64,000 bases of DNA, from positions 32,001 to 96,000 of the forward strand of contig JANOAV010000212.1 of NCBI GenBank assembly GCA_031411295.1, written 5' to 3'. The notes under the pieces were generated by a model, which saw nothing but the letters and a program-made list of their open reading frames with translations, did not search any database and was not told where the DNA came from. The position numbers and the translations under genes were made by a program. The stretch is from Verrucomicrobiales bacterium. Lineage in GTDB: Bacteria > Verrucomicrobiota > Verrucomicrobiia > Verrucomicrobiales > V1-33. This document shows, piece by piece, positions 9,739 through 19,176 of the stretch (within the stretch, counting starts at the first letter, position 1; every line of letters begins with the position of its first letter).

Positions 9739-11253
9739 ATGACCTACATTCTTGACGCCCTCCGCTGGATTGGAATTCTGTTCCTAGTCCTGATGCTGTT
9801 TAACTTGGTGATCGTGGTGCATGAGTGGGGCCATTTCCTAGCGGCGCGCTGGCGCGGGTTGAAGGTGGAGAAATTTCAAATCTGGTTCGGAAAGCCGATC
9901 TGGAAGCGCACCTACAATGGCGTGCAATACGGCCTGGGCACCATTCCCTTTGGCGGCTTCGTCGCGTTGCCACAAATGGCGGACATGACCGCCATCGAAG
10001 GCGCTTCCGCCACCAATCCCGACGGCACGCCGGTGGAAAAGTTAGCGAAAATTTCCCCGCTGGACAAAATCATCGTCGCCTTTGCCGGACCCTTGTTCAG
10101 CTTCCTGTTGGCCATCGTCTTCGCGTTCATCGTATGGGGTGTGGGCAAGCCTGTGATGCAGTCGGAAAAGGAAGCTATGATTGGCTACGTGGACTCCGAA
10201 CGTCCGGCGGGTGCGCCTAATGGGCTGAAGGTGGGAGACAAAGTGACGGCGGTTGACGGGGAAGAAGTAAAGAGTTTTTCTGGACCAGTGAATAGTGTCA
10301 TGTGGGCGATCGTTTCCGCCAAGAATGACGACATCGTTTTCGACGTCGTGCGCGATGGGCAGCCGCTCAAGGTGACCATCAATGCTCCAACCAGCGGGGA
10401 GAATGCTGGCAAAGAGTTTAAGGAATGGGCTACTGCATCGTGGTGGAGCAAGATTTGGAATCGCCCACCGATGCGTCGGGTGGGGATCCTCTACGCGATG
10501 GATAACATTGCGGTGGATAAAATGCGGCCAAACAGTCCCGCTGAGCTAGCGGGCTTCAAGGCGGGCGACATTCTGCGCACGCTGAATGGCCAACGTATCC
10601 TGAGCCCGCTCGCCATTGTGGACGCGGTTACGAAGAAGCCCAAAGAAGTCTTAAATTTTGAAGTGGAACGGGATGGCAAATTGGTTCCCATCTCCGTCAC
10701 GGCAGTCAAGCCTAGCAAGCCTGCAGATTACAAGGGCGAGGGTGAACTCGGTTTCGAGCCGTTTAAGGATGCGGATGAAGAACGCCGCAAAGTGGACGGC
10801 AGCAATATCCAACACCCTTCTCCCTACCAGCAAATTCACGACAGCCTGCAGACAACCTTCGCCACCTTGGGTGCCTTGTTTTCCAAATCCAAGGTCGAGG
10901 CCGGTCACATGAGCAGCGCCATCGGGATCATCAGTATTTATCACCAACTCTTCACCATTCAGAACGGCTGGATGCTGATTCTGTTCTTCACCGTCGTGCT
11001 AAATGTGAATCTCGCGATTCTGAACATGCTGCCGATTCCAGTGTTGGATGGCGGTCACATCACTATGGCATTGATCGAAGCGATCGGCGGTCGGCCGTTG
11101 CGCGGCAAAATAGTGGAATACGTTCAGGCTGGTTTTGCCGTGATGCTGCTGAGTTTCATGTTCTGGGTCATGCTCAAGGACGTGGGCAGCATGAAGTCAG
11201 AGAAATCCGAGCCCATCGAGTTCAGTGCTCCGGGTGCCTCTGAGGCCAAGTAA
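9739..11253 (+). CDS. rseP: site-2 intramembrane metalloprotease RseP with two PDZ domains
   Basis: HEWGH, IPFGGFV, AGP, NMLPIPVLDGG; next to ispG. Confidence 0.9.
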   Translation: MTYILDALRWIGILFLVLMLFNLVIVVHEWGHFLAARWRGLKVEKFQIWFGKPIWKRTYNGVQYGLGTIPFGGFVALPQMADMTAIEGASATNPDGTPVEKLAKISPLDKIIVAFAGPLFSFLLAIVFAFIVWGVGKPVMQSEKEAMIGYVDSERPAGAPNGLKVGDKVTAVDGEEVKSFSGPVNSVMWAIVSAKNDDIVFDVVRDGQPLKVTINAPTSGENAGKEFKEWATASWWSKIWNRPPMRRVGILYAMDNIAVDKMRPNSPAELAGFKAGDILRTLNGQRILSPLAIVDAVTKKPKEVLNFEVERDGKLVPISVTAVKPSKPADYKGEGELGFEPFKDADEERRKVDGSNIQHPSPYQQIHDSLQTTFATLGALFSKSKVEAGHMSSAIGIISIYHQLFTIQNGWMLILFFTVVLNVNLAILNMLPIPVLDGGHITMALIEAIGGRPLRGKIVEYVQAGFAVMLLSFMFWVMLKDVGSMKSEKSEPIEFSAPGASEAK

Positions 11254-11260
11254 TTTAGCG

Positions 11261-11322
11261 GGTGGCTCGGCTGGCTCAGCCGAACTCATATGGCGCAGTG
11301 CGGCCGAGACAGCCGCACCACC
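11261..11322. repeat. inverted pair of REP-like palindromes (GTGG + hairpin)
   Basis: GGTGGCTCGGCTGGCTCAGCCGA (11261-11283) and reverse complement GGTGGTGCGGCTGTCTCGGCCGCAC (11298-11322). Confidence 0.55.
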
Positions 11323-11398
11323 TTCTTGGCGGCCTTGGACCCGCACCTGTTGAATACCTCAGTTGCCAACTGCCCGAAAGCGCTCTATGCCGTGAGCC

Positions 11399-13186
11399 AT
11401 GTCTGCTGAGCTTCAATACTGCCCCGATCTCTATCATTATCAACGCCGTGCCACCCGGGTGGTCACGGTGGGGAAGGTTGCCATTGGCGGCACGAATCCG
11501 ATCCGCGTGCAGTCCATGCTGACCTCGGATACCCGGGACACGGATGCTTGCGTGCAAGAAGCGCTGGGTTTGGTGGCAGCGGGCTGTGAGATCGTGCGGG
11601 TCACGGCTCAGACCCGGGTTTATGCCGCCAATCTGGAGCACATCAAAGCCGCTCTGCTAGCTGCCGGATGCGATGTGCCGCTGGTAGCGGATATTCATTT
11701 CAAGCCGGATGCCGCTCTGGAGGCTGCCAAGTGGGTGGAGAAGGTGCGGGTCAATCCCGGAAATTACGCCGATAAAAAGAAATTCGTCCAGCGCGATTAC
11801 ACAGACGCTGAATACGCCGAGGAATTGGAGCGCATCGACGAAGAGTTCTCTCCGTTGGTGAAATTATGCCAGTCTCGCGGAGTGGCCATGCGCATCGGCA
11901 CCAACCACGGCAGCCTGAGCGACCGGATTATGAATCGTCATGGCGATACCCCGCTGGGGATGGTGGAAAGTGCGCTGGAGTTCGCGCGGATTGCGCGGGG
12001 ACTCGACTATCATAATTTCCTGTTCAGCATGAAGGCCTCCAATCCCAAGGTGATGATCGAAGCTTATCGCTTGCTGGTGGCTGAGTTGACGCGCTTGGGG
12101 CCGGATTGGAATTACCCCATCCACCTTGGCGTGACGGAAGCAGGTGATGGCGAGGACGGTCGGATCAAGAGCGCCATCGGCATTGGCAGTCTGCTGGCGG
12201 ATGGCATTGGTGATACCATCCGCGTTTCCCTAACTGAAGATGCGGTGTATGAAATTCCCGTGGCGCGCGCCCTCTGCGTGACCGCCATTCCTGCTGCCTA
12301 TCCGAAGCTGGAAACGATACCAGCCAATGCTCCCTGCGATCCTTTTCACTATAATCGTCGCGCCACCGAACGCTTGGAAATTCAAGGCCTGGGTGTTGGC
12401 GGCGGGGAAACCACTCGCGTCGTCGTCCCGCAAGCCAAGTGGAATGCCGTGGCGCACAAGCTCGCCTCGCTGGGGGAATTTCAGCCAGAAATCATCTTAG
12501 AAACCTGCGGTGTGACCGCCGTGGATCCACGTGATGAAGCCGCCCTGGCCGCCATCAATGCGGCCCCGACTGCCCAGTTCGTTACGCTGGCGGACGGGCT
12601 GAGTTTACCGGTCATCGCAGGCTATCGCTTGCTGGCGGCCAAACTTCAGGCGCGTCATCCGCTCCTGCTCAAGGACACCCTAACGCCATCCGACGATGAC
12701 CACGCTGATTTCCAAACCAACCTGCTCACCGCCGCCACCAACGTGGGGGCGCTGCTGTGCGATGGCATTGGCGATGCGGTCCTGATCCAAGGCGAGGCCG
12801 CTCCCGGCCAAAGTCTGCGTCTGGCCTACAACACGCTGCAAGCGGCGGGCACGCGCATTTTCAAGACGGATTACGTGGCCTGTCCCAGTTGCGGACGGAC
12901 GTTGTTTAACCTGCAAACGACGACCCAGAAAATCCGGGCCGCCACCGGCCACCTCAAGGGCGTTCGCATTGCCATCATGGGCTGCATCGTTAATGGTCCG
13001 GGGGAAATGGCGGATGCAGACTTCGGCTACGTCGGCGGGGCTCCAGGGAAAATTAATCTCTACGTCGGCAAGACCACCGTGGAATTCAACATCCCCGAAG
13101 ACCAAGCCGTGACGAAGCTCATCGAGCTAATCCGCAGCCATGGCAAATGGCAGGAAGAGCCCGAAACTCCAGCCCACTCTGCGTAG
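11399..13186 (+). CDS. ispG: HMBPP synthase IspG, long form with inserted domain
   Basis: PIRVQSM, PLVADIHF, RVNPGN, RIGTNHGS, HLGVTEAG, DTIRVSLT, ACPSCGRT, MGCIVNGPGE. Confidence 0.97.
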   Translation: MSAELQYCPDLYHYQRRATRVVTVGKVAIGGTNPIRVQSMLTSDTRDTDACVQEALGLVAAGCEIVRVTAQTRVYAANLEHIKAALLAAGCDVPLVADIHFKPDAALEAAKWVEKVRVNPGNYADKKKFVQRDYTDAEYAEELERIDEEFSPLVKLCQSRGVAMRIGTNHGSLSDRIMNRHGDTPLGMVESALEFARIARGLDYHNFLFSMKASNPKVMIEAYRLLVAELTRLGPDWNYPIHLGVTEAGDGEDGRIKSAIGIGSLLADGIGDTIRVSLTEDAVYEIPVARALCVTAIPAAYPKLETIPANAPCDPFHYNRRATERLEIQGLGVGGGETTRVVVPQAKWNAVAHKLASLGEFQPEIILETCGVTAVDPRDEAALAAINAAPTAQFVTLADGLSLPVIAGYRLLAAKLQARHPLLLKDTLTPSDDDHADFQTNLLTAATNVGALLCDGIGDAVLIQGEAAPGQSLRLAYNTLQAAGTRIFKTDYVACPSCGRTLFNLQTTTQKIRAATGHLKGVRIAIMGCIVNGPGEMADADFGYVGGAPGKINLYVGKTTVEFNIPEDQAVTKLIELIRSHGKWQEEPETPAHSA

Positions 13187-13212
13187 CAGCCTGGCAAGAA
13201 CTGGGCGCGCGC

Positions 13213-14007
13213 TCAATGCGGTTTGTGCTCATTAAATACATCCCGTTGCAACTCGCGGTGATCCGCCTTCCGATGAAACGGCAGGCCTTTCCACCAAAGG
13301 CGGAACGCCTGCCAATGGATGAGGAAAATGACTTTCAGCGTAACGATGGGAAATTTCAGCGTGAGCCAAGCCAGACGCGCGGTGGTTAGCTCCTGGCGTT
13401 TGCCAGTAAGGGCACTGAGCAGGACAGGCTCGTCGCCCTTGCGGTCATCAATGTGAATCTCCAAGTGCTCCTCCGGCACCTTGACCTTGAAATCGAACAT
13501 CAGATCCAGCTCGGAGAAAGGCGACACGTAGAAATGCTTCGACGTGACCAAATGAAAGAAGCCGGGGCGCTCTGGTTCGCGGATGAGGTAAGGCTTCATT
13601 TCGCGAAAGGTATTCCCGACCTGCACCACCACGCATTGCGTCTGGCCAGCGGCATCCTCACAGAAATAAAACGAGACCGGGTTGAAAATGTATCCCAGCA
13701 CCCGCGGCAGCGTTACCAACGTGATTCTGGTCTCCGGGTGCAGGGTCAGTCCCTGCTGGGCGATCCAGGCTAGGACGTGTTCCTTGACGGTGCCGCCCTT
13801 GATTTCCGGCAGCGTTAGGTGGTCCCGATCCCTGAATTCATAAAGGTTCCAGCGATTCCGCGAAAAACCATGAACTCGCTTGGCGACCTGATCAATTTCA
13901 TCCAGATCCAGCGCCAAGTAGAACAATTGGTAATCGAAGCGATGCTCCTTGGGCTGCAGCCGATGGTGCATCACCTTGCATTCGTAGAGGCAGGAGCGGA
14001 GTTTCAT
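13213..14007 (-). CDS. DUF1365 family protein (UfaO-like)
   Basis: LYEC.VMHHR, PRVLGYIFNPVSFYFC, NTF.E, K.FYVSPF, IHWQAFRLWWKG; ATGA overlap with upstream gene. Confidence 0.9.
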   Translation of the reverse strand: MKLRSCLYECKVMHHRLQPKEHRFDYQLFYLALDLDEIDQVAKRVHGFSRNRWNLYEFRDRDHLTLPEIKGGTVKEHVLAWIAQQGLTLHPETRITLVTLPRVLGYIFNPVSFYFCEDAAGQTQCVVVQVGNTFREMKPYLIREPERPGFFHLVTSKHFYVSPFSELDLMFDFKVKVPEEHLEIHIDDRKGDEPVLLSALTGKRQELTTARLAWLTLKFPIVTLKVIFLIHWQAFRLWWKGLPFHRKADHRELQRDVFNEHKPH

Positions 14008-15266
14008 GACCACAATGCTGCACCCGCAATGGCGCGGGCGCAATCAAGACCGCTGGTGAAGCCGTCTTCGTGGAAACCATACTTGAACCAAGCGCCAGCG
14101 TAATACGTCGTCTGGTCTGGACTCAAATGATTCAGCTCCGGCAACCGCCGTTGCGCGGCCAAGGCCGGGAGATCGAACAAGGGATGCTCGTAGGCGATGT
14201 GACGCAGGACTTTGGTAGGATCAATTTCCTCCCGGCAATTCAGCGAGACGAAATACTGCTGCCGCTCGGACACCCCCTGTAGGCGGTTCATCCAGTAATG
14301 CGTGCTGGGCCGACCGGCTTGGTCGAAACGATAATTCCAAGCCGCCCAAGCGCGCTTAGTGCGCGGCATGACGCGCTGATCCGTGTGCAGTGTGGCGAGA
14401 TTCGGCTGATACTTGAAGGGCGTGAGCAACTCTATTTCCAGCGGACTGGGATCCGCCAGCAGGGCCAGCGATTGATCCGCATGGGCCGCCAGAATGACTT
14501 TGGGAAAAGTATCCGTGTGACCATCCGCCGTGGTGATGGTGACGCTATCGGCCTGGCGTTCCACGCGGATGACTTTGGGGCGAACTTGCACGTTGGGGCC
14601 CAGGGCACTTTTGATTTTCGCAACGTAGGATTTAGCCCCATCGCAGACGGTCCACCACGGATGCTGGGTGTGCAGACCCAGGAAACCATGATTATGCCAA
14701 AAGCGCAGCAGGGTGACCGCAGGAAATTTCGCCATGAGTTCCGGGGGCGTGCTCCAGACGGCACTGCTCATGGGGACGAGGTAGCGTTCCCACATGTCGT
14801 TGCCGTAGCCCCGGGCATCGATGTATTCCCGCAGCGTCATGGTGGCGAATCGCTCATCTGAAAGCGCCGGCACCGCTTCAGCGTTGAAGCGATTGATGGC
14901 CGCCAGCATTTTCCAATGCCGGGGATTGAGTAAATTTTTTCTTTGCGCAAAGAGCAGGTCCAGGCTGCCCCCATTATACTCCAAGCCAGACGGTTGATGC
15001 TGCACGCTGAAGGACATGTCGGTGCGCTTCGTGGCCACGTTGAGCTCCGCAAACAGGCGCGTCAGATTTGGGTAAGTCACGTGGTTGAACACCATGAATC
15101 CGGTGTCAATCGGCACGGGTGTGCCCGCCTCATCCACCGTGATGGTATTTGTGTGACCGCCCAGATAGTCATATTGCTCGTAAAGCGTAATGGCAAAATG
15201 GTCCCGCAACAACCACGCGGCCCCCAGTCCGGAAATGCCGGAACCAATAATGGCCAGACGGTTCAT
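14004..15266 (-). CDS. FAD-dependent oxidoreductase, COG2907 type (UfaD-like)
   Basis: IIGSGISGL, GGHTNT, DTGFMVFN...YPN, WAAWNY, YEHP, GAWFKYGFHEDG. Confidence 0.9.
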   Translation of the reverse strand: MNRLAIIGSGISGLGAAWLLRDHFAITLYEQYDYLGGHTNTITVDEAGTPVPIDTGFMVFNHVTYPNLTRLFAELNVATKRTDMSFSVQHQPSGLEYNGGSLDLLFAQRKNLLNPRHWKMLAAINRFNAEAVPALSDERFATMTLREYIDARGYGNDMWERYLVPMSSAVWSTPPELMAKFPAVTLLRFWHNHGFLGLHTQHPWWTVCDGAKSYVAKIKSALGPNVQVRPKVIRVERQADSVTITTADGHTDTFPKVILAAHADQSLALLADPSPLEIELLTPFKYQPNLATLHTDQRVMPRTKRAWAAWNYRFDQAGRPSTHYWMNRLQGVSERQQYFVSLNCREEIDPTKVLRHIAYEHPLFDLPALAAQRRLPELNHLSPDQTTYYAGAWFKYGFHEDGFTSGLDCARAIAGAALWS

Positions 15267-15428
15267 GCGGAGAAATGATGGGTTGTAGAAGAGTAAAGAG
15301 GCACGGCCTACAAACGCACATCTCAGCTGAATTGGATGCAAAAAAACCTCCGTCTCGCAGATCGTGGCCAAAGAGGATGATCCAAGAACGGAAGCTTCTG
15401 CGCAGCCTTTAGTGAGACGGCATTATTC

Positions 15429-15478
15429 GGGTGTAATTGGGTGATTTTCGGATTGGACATTTGGGTGTAATTGGGTGA
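15429..15478. promoter_or_regulatory. 16-bp exact direct repeat upstream of fic (putative operator)
   Basis: GGGTGTAATTGGGTGA at 15429-15444 and 15463-15478. Confidence 0.5.
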
Positions 15479-15502
15479 AATTTCCCGCCGGAAGCGGCCC
15501 CT

Positions 15503-16549
15503 ATGAAGAACGATACCATTCAGATTTCCCACGAACTCCTGCTCCTGCTCTCCGAAATTGATGAGTTCAAGGGGGCTTGGCGCACGATGGGAACGCTGGC
15601 TCCAGAGCGGCTCGCAGTGCTGCGGCAAGCCGCCACGATTGAGGCCATTGTTTCTGCTGCCCGGATTGAAGGGAGTGAATTGACCGCTCAGGAGATCGAG
15701 CGGGTGTTGGCCCGGCCATTGGTGAAATACTCCGCGAGCCGGGACGAACAGGAAGTGGCCGCCTACGCCGAGGCGTTGGAAACGATCTTCCGGGCATGGC
15801 AGAACATCTCCATTTCCGAAAATCAACTGCGGCAACTGCATCGGGATCTTATCCGGTCCAATGACACGGATCAGCGTCAGCCCGGAACCTACAAAGCACG
15901 GCCCAATCACGTGGGGGCCTTTGATCCGAGCGGAAACAAAGTGTTGTTCTTCCTGGAGACCGTCTCGCCTGAGGAGACACCGGGGCGCATGGCGGAATTG
16001 ATCGCGTGGCTCAACGAGACACGAGAGCAGAAGCGCCTCCATCCCTTGCTCATCGTGGCGGTTTTCAAAGCGGTGTTCCTGGAGATTCACCCGTTCTCCG
16101 AAGGTAACGGACGTTTAAGTCGAGTGCTCACGACGCTGCTCTTATTGCAGGGCGGTTATGGGTTTGTCCCGTATATTTCTCTCGAAAGCGCCTTGGAGCA
16201 GAGCAAGGACAACTACTATCTGGCCCTGCGGCAGACGCAGGGAACCATACGCCAAGCCACGCCCAATTGGCAGCCTTGGTTGCGGTTCTTCTTCCGCGCC
16301 ATGGTCCAACAAGTGCGGCAGTTGGCGCAAACGATCGAACGTGAGCAGGGCGCATTTTCCGCTCTCCCCCAATTGGCGCTGCACATTCTGGACTACGCTC
16401 GCGGCCATGGCCGAGTGGGCATGAGTCAAATGATTGAACTTACGGGAGCCAGCCGAAACACACTGAAGGAGCATTTCCGGAAACTCGTGGAGCATCAGCT
16501 GTTAGTGCAGCAGGGCGGGGGCCGCTCCACTTGGTATCAGTTGGCGTGA
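15503..16549 (+). CDS. Fic-domain protein with C-terminal winged HTH
   Basis: HPFSEGNGRLSR motif; SARIEG inhibitory-type motif; C-terminal GASRNTLKEHFRKLV...GGGRSTWY. Confidence 0.9.
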   Translation: MKNDTIQISHELLLLLSEIDEFKGAWRTMGTLAPERLAVLRQAATIEAIVSAARIEGSELTAQEIERVLARPLVKYSASRDEQEVAAYAEALETIFRAWQNISISENQLRQLHRDLIRSNDTDQRQPGTYKARPNHVGAFDPSGNKVLFFLETVSPEETPGRMAELIAWLNETREQKRLHPLLIVAVFKAVFLEIHPFSEGNGRLSRVLTTLLLLQGGYGFVPYISLESALEQSKDNYYLALRQTQGTIRQATPNWQPWLRFFFRAMVQQVRQLAQTIEREQGAFSALPQLALHILDYARGHGRVGMSQMIELTGASRNTLKEHFRKLVEHQLLVQQGGGRSTWYQLA

Positions 16550-16560
16550 AATTTCCTGCT

Positions 16561-17526
16561 TCAGGACAAGGAGCGCTTCTCCTGATACACGCTGGCGGGG
16601 ACGGGTTTGAGATCCCAGATGATGCCGAGCCATGAGAGGATCTTGAGACCGTAGTAGGTGGGATCTATTTCCCACCAGAGGAAACCCTGGCGGGCGGCAC
16701 CCATATAACGATGGTGATTGTTGTGCCAGCCCTCGCCCAGTGTTAGGAGAGCGAGCCAGAAGTTGTTGCGGCTGTCGTCTTCGGTTTTGAAATCCCGTTT
16801 CCCCCAGACGTGAGCCAGGGAATTGATGAACAACGTAGCATGGAGCAGGACCGTGGAACTGATGAAGAATCCCCAGACCAACAGCTGCCATCCAGTCACA
16901 CCCAACGCAGGGAAGTTGTTGCCCAGCCAACTACCTAGTCCGTAAAGCGCAAAACCCATGAGGGCGGGCACGATGAGATCGAAGCGATTCAAGAAAACAA
17001 GTTCAGGATATTTCGCGAAATCTTTGATGTCCTTATAGTTAGTGGGGAAGTTTCGGCTGCTCGTCATCCAGCCAATGTGCGACCACCAGAATCCCTTGGT
17101 AATAGGGGAATGCGCGTCTTCGTCAGTGTCTGAATGTCGGTGATGGTGGCGATGCGTAGCCGCCCACCAGAGCGGCCCGCGTTGGATGGAGCTATTGCCC
17201 AAGGCCGCAAAAAGAAATTGCACCACCCGACTGGTGTGGAAGGTGCGGTGGGAAAAGTAACGATGATAGAACGCGGTGATGGCGAACATGCGAATCACGT
17301 AAAGCGCTACGGCAACGAGCACCGCTGTGAGGCTCCATCCAGTCCAGATCACTCCCAGGCAGCCAATATGGAGGAAGACAAATGGCAGACAACGTCGCCA
17401 TTCAAATTTGTCAGGCTTGGCACGCGTCGCATCGGCTCCTTCAGGGAAATAGTCCGAGTCGAACCATTGCAGCACGGTTTGCAGCGCAGACTTGGCTGCG
17501 GTGGGGGCTGGTGGGGTTGGACTCAA
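16561..17526 (-). CDS. acyl-CoA (delta-9-like) desaturase
   Basis: YHRYFSH, HRHHH, GFWWSH, INSLAH, GEGWHNNHH. Confidence 0.92.
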   Translation of the reverse strand: MSPTPPAPTAAKSALQTVLQWFDSDYFPEGADATRAKPDKFEWRRCLPFVFLHIGCLGVIWTGWSLTAVLVAVALYVIRMFAITAFYHRYFSHRTFHTSRVVQFLFAALGNSSIQRGPLWWAATHRHHHRHSDTDEDAHSPITKGFWWSHIGWMTSSRNFPTNYKDIKDFAKYPELVFLNRFDLIVPALMGFALYGLGSWLGNNFPALGVTGWQLLVWGFFISSTVLLHATLFINSLAHVWGKRDFKTEDDSRNNFWLALLTLGEGWHNNHHRYMGAARQGFLWWEIDPTYYGLKILSWLGIIWDLKPVPASVYQEKRSLS

Positions 17527-17568
17527 GCTTTGGAGGAGGGTGATGGTGGAGATACGGCAAACTCCTAC

Positions 17569-18156
17569 TTAGGCACCCGGGCGAACGGTCTTGACTGCGG
17601 AAGGCTGCGGAACTTTAACGAATTTCGTTGGATCATAGCCGTGCTGTTTGAGTCTTTCAAGAATTGCTTGGTAGGTTGTTTCAGGCAGGGTGGTTCCGCG
17701 AGCCATGATCCAGCCATATTTGCGCGAAGGATGCCCCACCACCGTCCATTGATAATTCGGGTCCAATTCAAGAACCAGGTAGGCAACCTTAACAAAAGGC
17801 AAAAACTTCACCCGCCACTCCGCGTTGGTTTCTTTGTTATACACCTCCGCCTTGAAGGTCAGTTTCTTTTGCGGAGCATCGAAGGACTTTTTCCGAAACT
17901 GGAAACTATTACCGATGGAGCCGTCCGGCAGCAGCCAGTAAGTCTCGATCGAATCAACGCAATCCTTCTCCGCCCAGTAGGGAATATTCGCAATGACGCG
18001 CCAATCTCCCATGTAACGTGGCAGATCAACATGCGAGACAGTCTTCAGTGGCTGAGGAGAATTCATGGAGGTAGCGGGACGAGTGGCACAGGAAGAGAGG
18101 GCAAGACAAAAGAAGCTGCCAACCAGCACAAGGAAACGATTGAGGAAACAGTTCAT
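17569..18156 (-). CDS. blc: Blc-like lipocalin lipoprotein
   Basis: Lipobox LSSC; VDLPRYMGDWRVIA, LDPNYQW, YGWIMAR. Confidence 0.85.
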   Translation of the reverse strand: MNCFLNRFLVLVGSFFCLALSSCATRPATSMNSPQPLKTVSHVDLPRYMGDWRVIANIPYWAEKDCVDSIETYWLLPDGSIGNSFQFRKKSFDAPQKKLTFKAEVYNKETNAEWRVKFLPFVKVAYLVLELDPNYQWTVVGHPSRKYGWIMARGTTLPETTYQAILERLKQHGYDPTKFVKVPQPSAVKTVRPGA

Positions 18157-18261
18157 GCGTTGGAAACGCACCAAGGCCTGCCTTGGATGCGTCAAACTCC
18201 ACGCGCAAGTCCGGGAGGACCATGCATCGTGCCAGAACGGCCCGCCAGAGTTAGGCTATAG

Positions 18262-18681
18262 CTACGGATTCCCAGAAAAGCGGGCGATGAACTCCTCAGG
18301 AGCTAAAACCGGCACCGGACTTTTTGAAAATCCAGCGCCATCCCGAGTAACGATAAAATCAGCTAGAGCGGCTTCCGCTGCTGCTGCTTGCATGGCATCT
18401 TCAAGATCTGGAAAATCTAAATCGAAGGCTCGCAGCGCTGCTGTTTGCCCTGTCTCCACGACTGTCATTGCCATGAGAATATCTTTCAACATCTCTGTTG
18501 CCTTCTGGCGACCCTCCTTCTTGGCTACAATGTAGAAGGTGGTCGCCAAGGTGTGCCAGGCAATTACAACATCCGCATCAAGTGAGTCACAGGTGTCCAA
18601 TACAGATTGACTGTTGGCATAATGAGGGCTGCGCTGAGTGACAATATCCAAGAGGATATTTGTATCGAAGAAAATCAACAT
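18262..18681 (-). CDS. PIN-domain (VapC-like) toxin
   Basis: FFDTNILLD, DLEDAMQ, DFIVTRD. Confidence 0.88.
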   Translation of the reverse strand: MLIFFDTNILLDIVTQRSPHYANSQSVLDTCDSLDADVVIAWHTLATTFYIVAKKEGRQKATEMLKDILMAMTVVETGQTAALRAFDLDFPDLEDAMQAAAAEAALADFIVTRDGAGFSKSPVPVLAPEEFIARFSGNP

Positions 18682-18690
18682 GGGAAAATA

Positions 18691-18948
18691 CTAGGAACCA
18701 AAACGCTCCATCATGGCCGCATCACGGACCGATTGAATGGTCTCCCCATCCTTGAGCTTCATGGCTCCCGCCCATTTCCTGCCCCAATCTCCTAGCTTCA
18801 TTTTTAGAGCTTTGGTAGGCGCTTCCGCTTCCGTGAGTGAAATCACTTTGAAGGTGATTTTCCCCGAAAGAATTTGATAACCCACAACAGTTTCCCCTTC
18901 ACGCAGATGAAGGAGTTCAAGGGGTAAGGATGTTTCTCGGAGCGTCAT
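18691..18948 (-). CDS. putative antitoxin
   Basis: Small ORF immediately upstream of the PIN gene. Confidence 0.5.
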   Translation of the reverse strand: MTLRETSLPLELLHLREGETVVGYQILSGKITFKVISLTEAEAPTKALKMKLGDWGRKWAGAMKLKDGETIQSVRDAAMMERFGS

Positions 18949-19176
18949 AAATTAATGGGTTGCTGTCGGATTCTATCCTGAAAGTAGGAAATTGCAAGCC
19001 AGAGCCTTGCGTGGCAGGCGTCGCATCCGTGGGCCAAACGAATTTCCTCTTGTCCGCAGTCGCTTCCCGACGCACTCAGTCTCATGCTGAAACTATCCGC
19101 CCTGCGCTTCCATTTGCTTCAGAAGGCAGCACCAGCGCTTGCACTGCGCATGCCTGCACCCTAGGCTCGCGGCCTT

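Noticed and set aside
18170..18262. GCCTAAC just after the PIN stop codon (attC R''-like)
   Set aside because: No matching GTTRRRY or inner L boxes at attC distance
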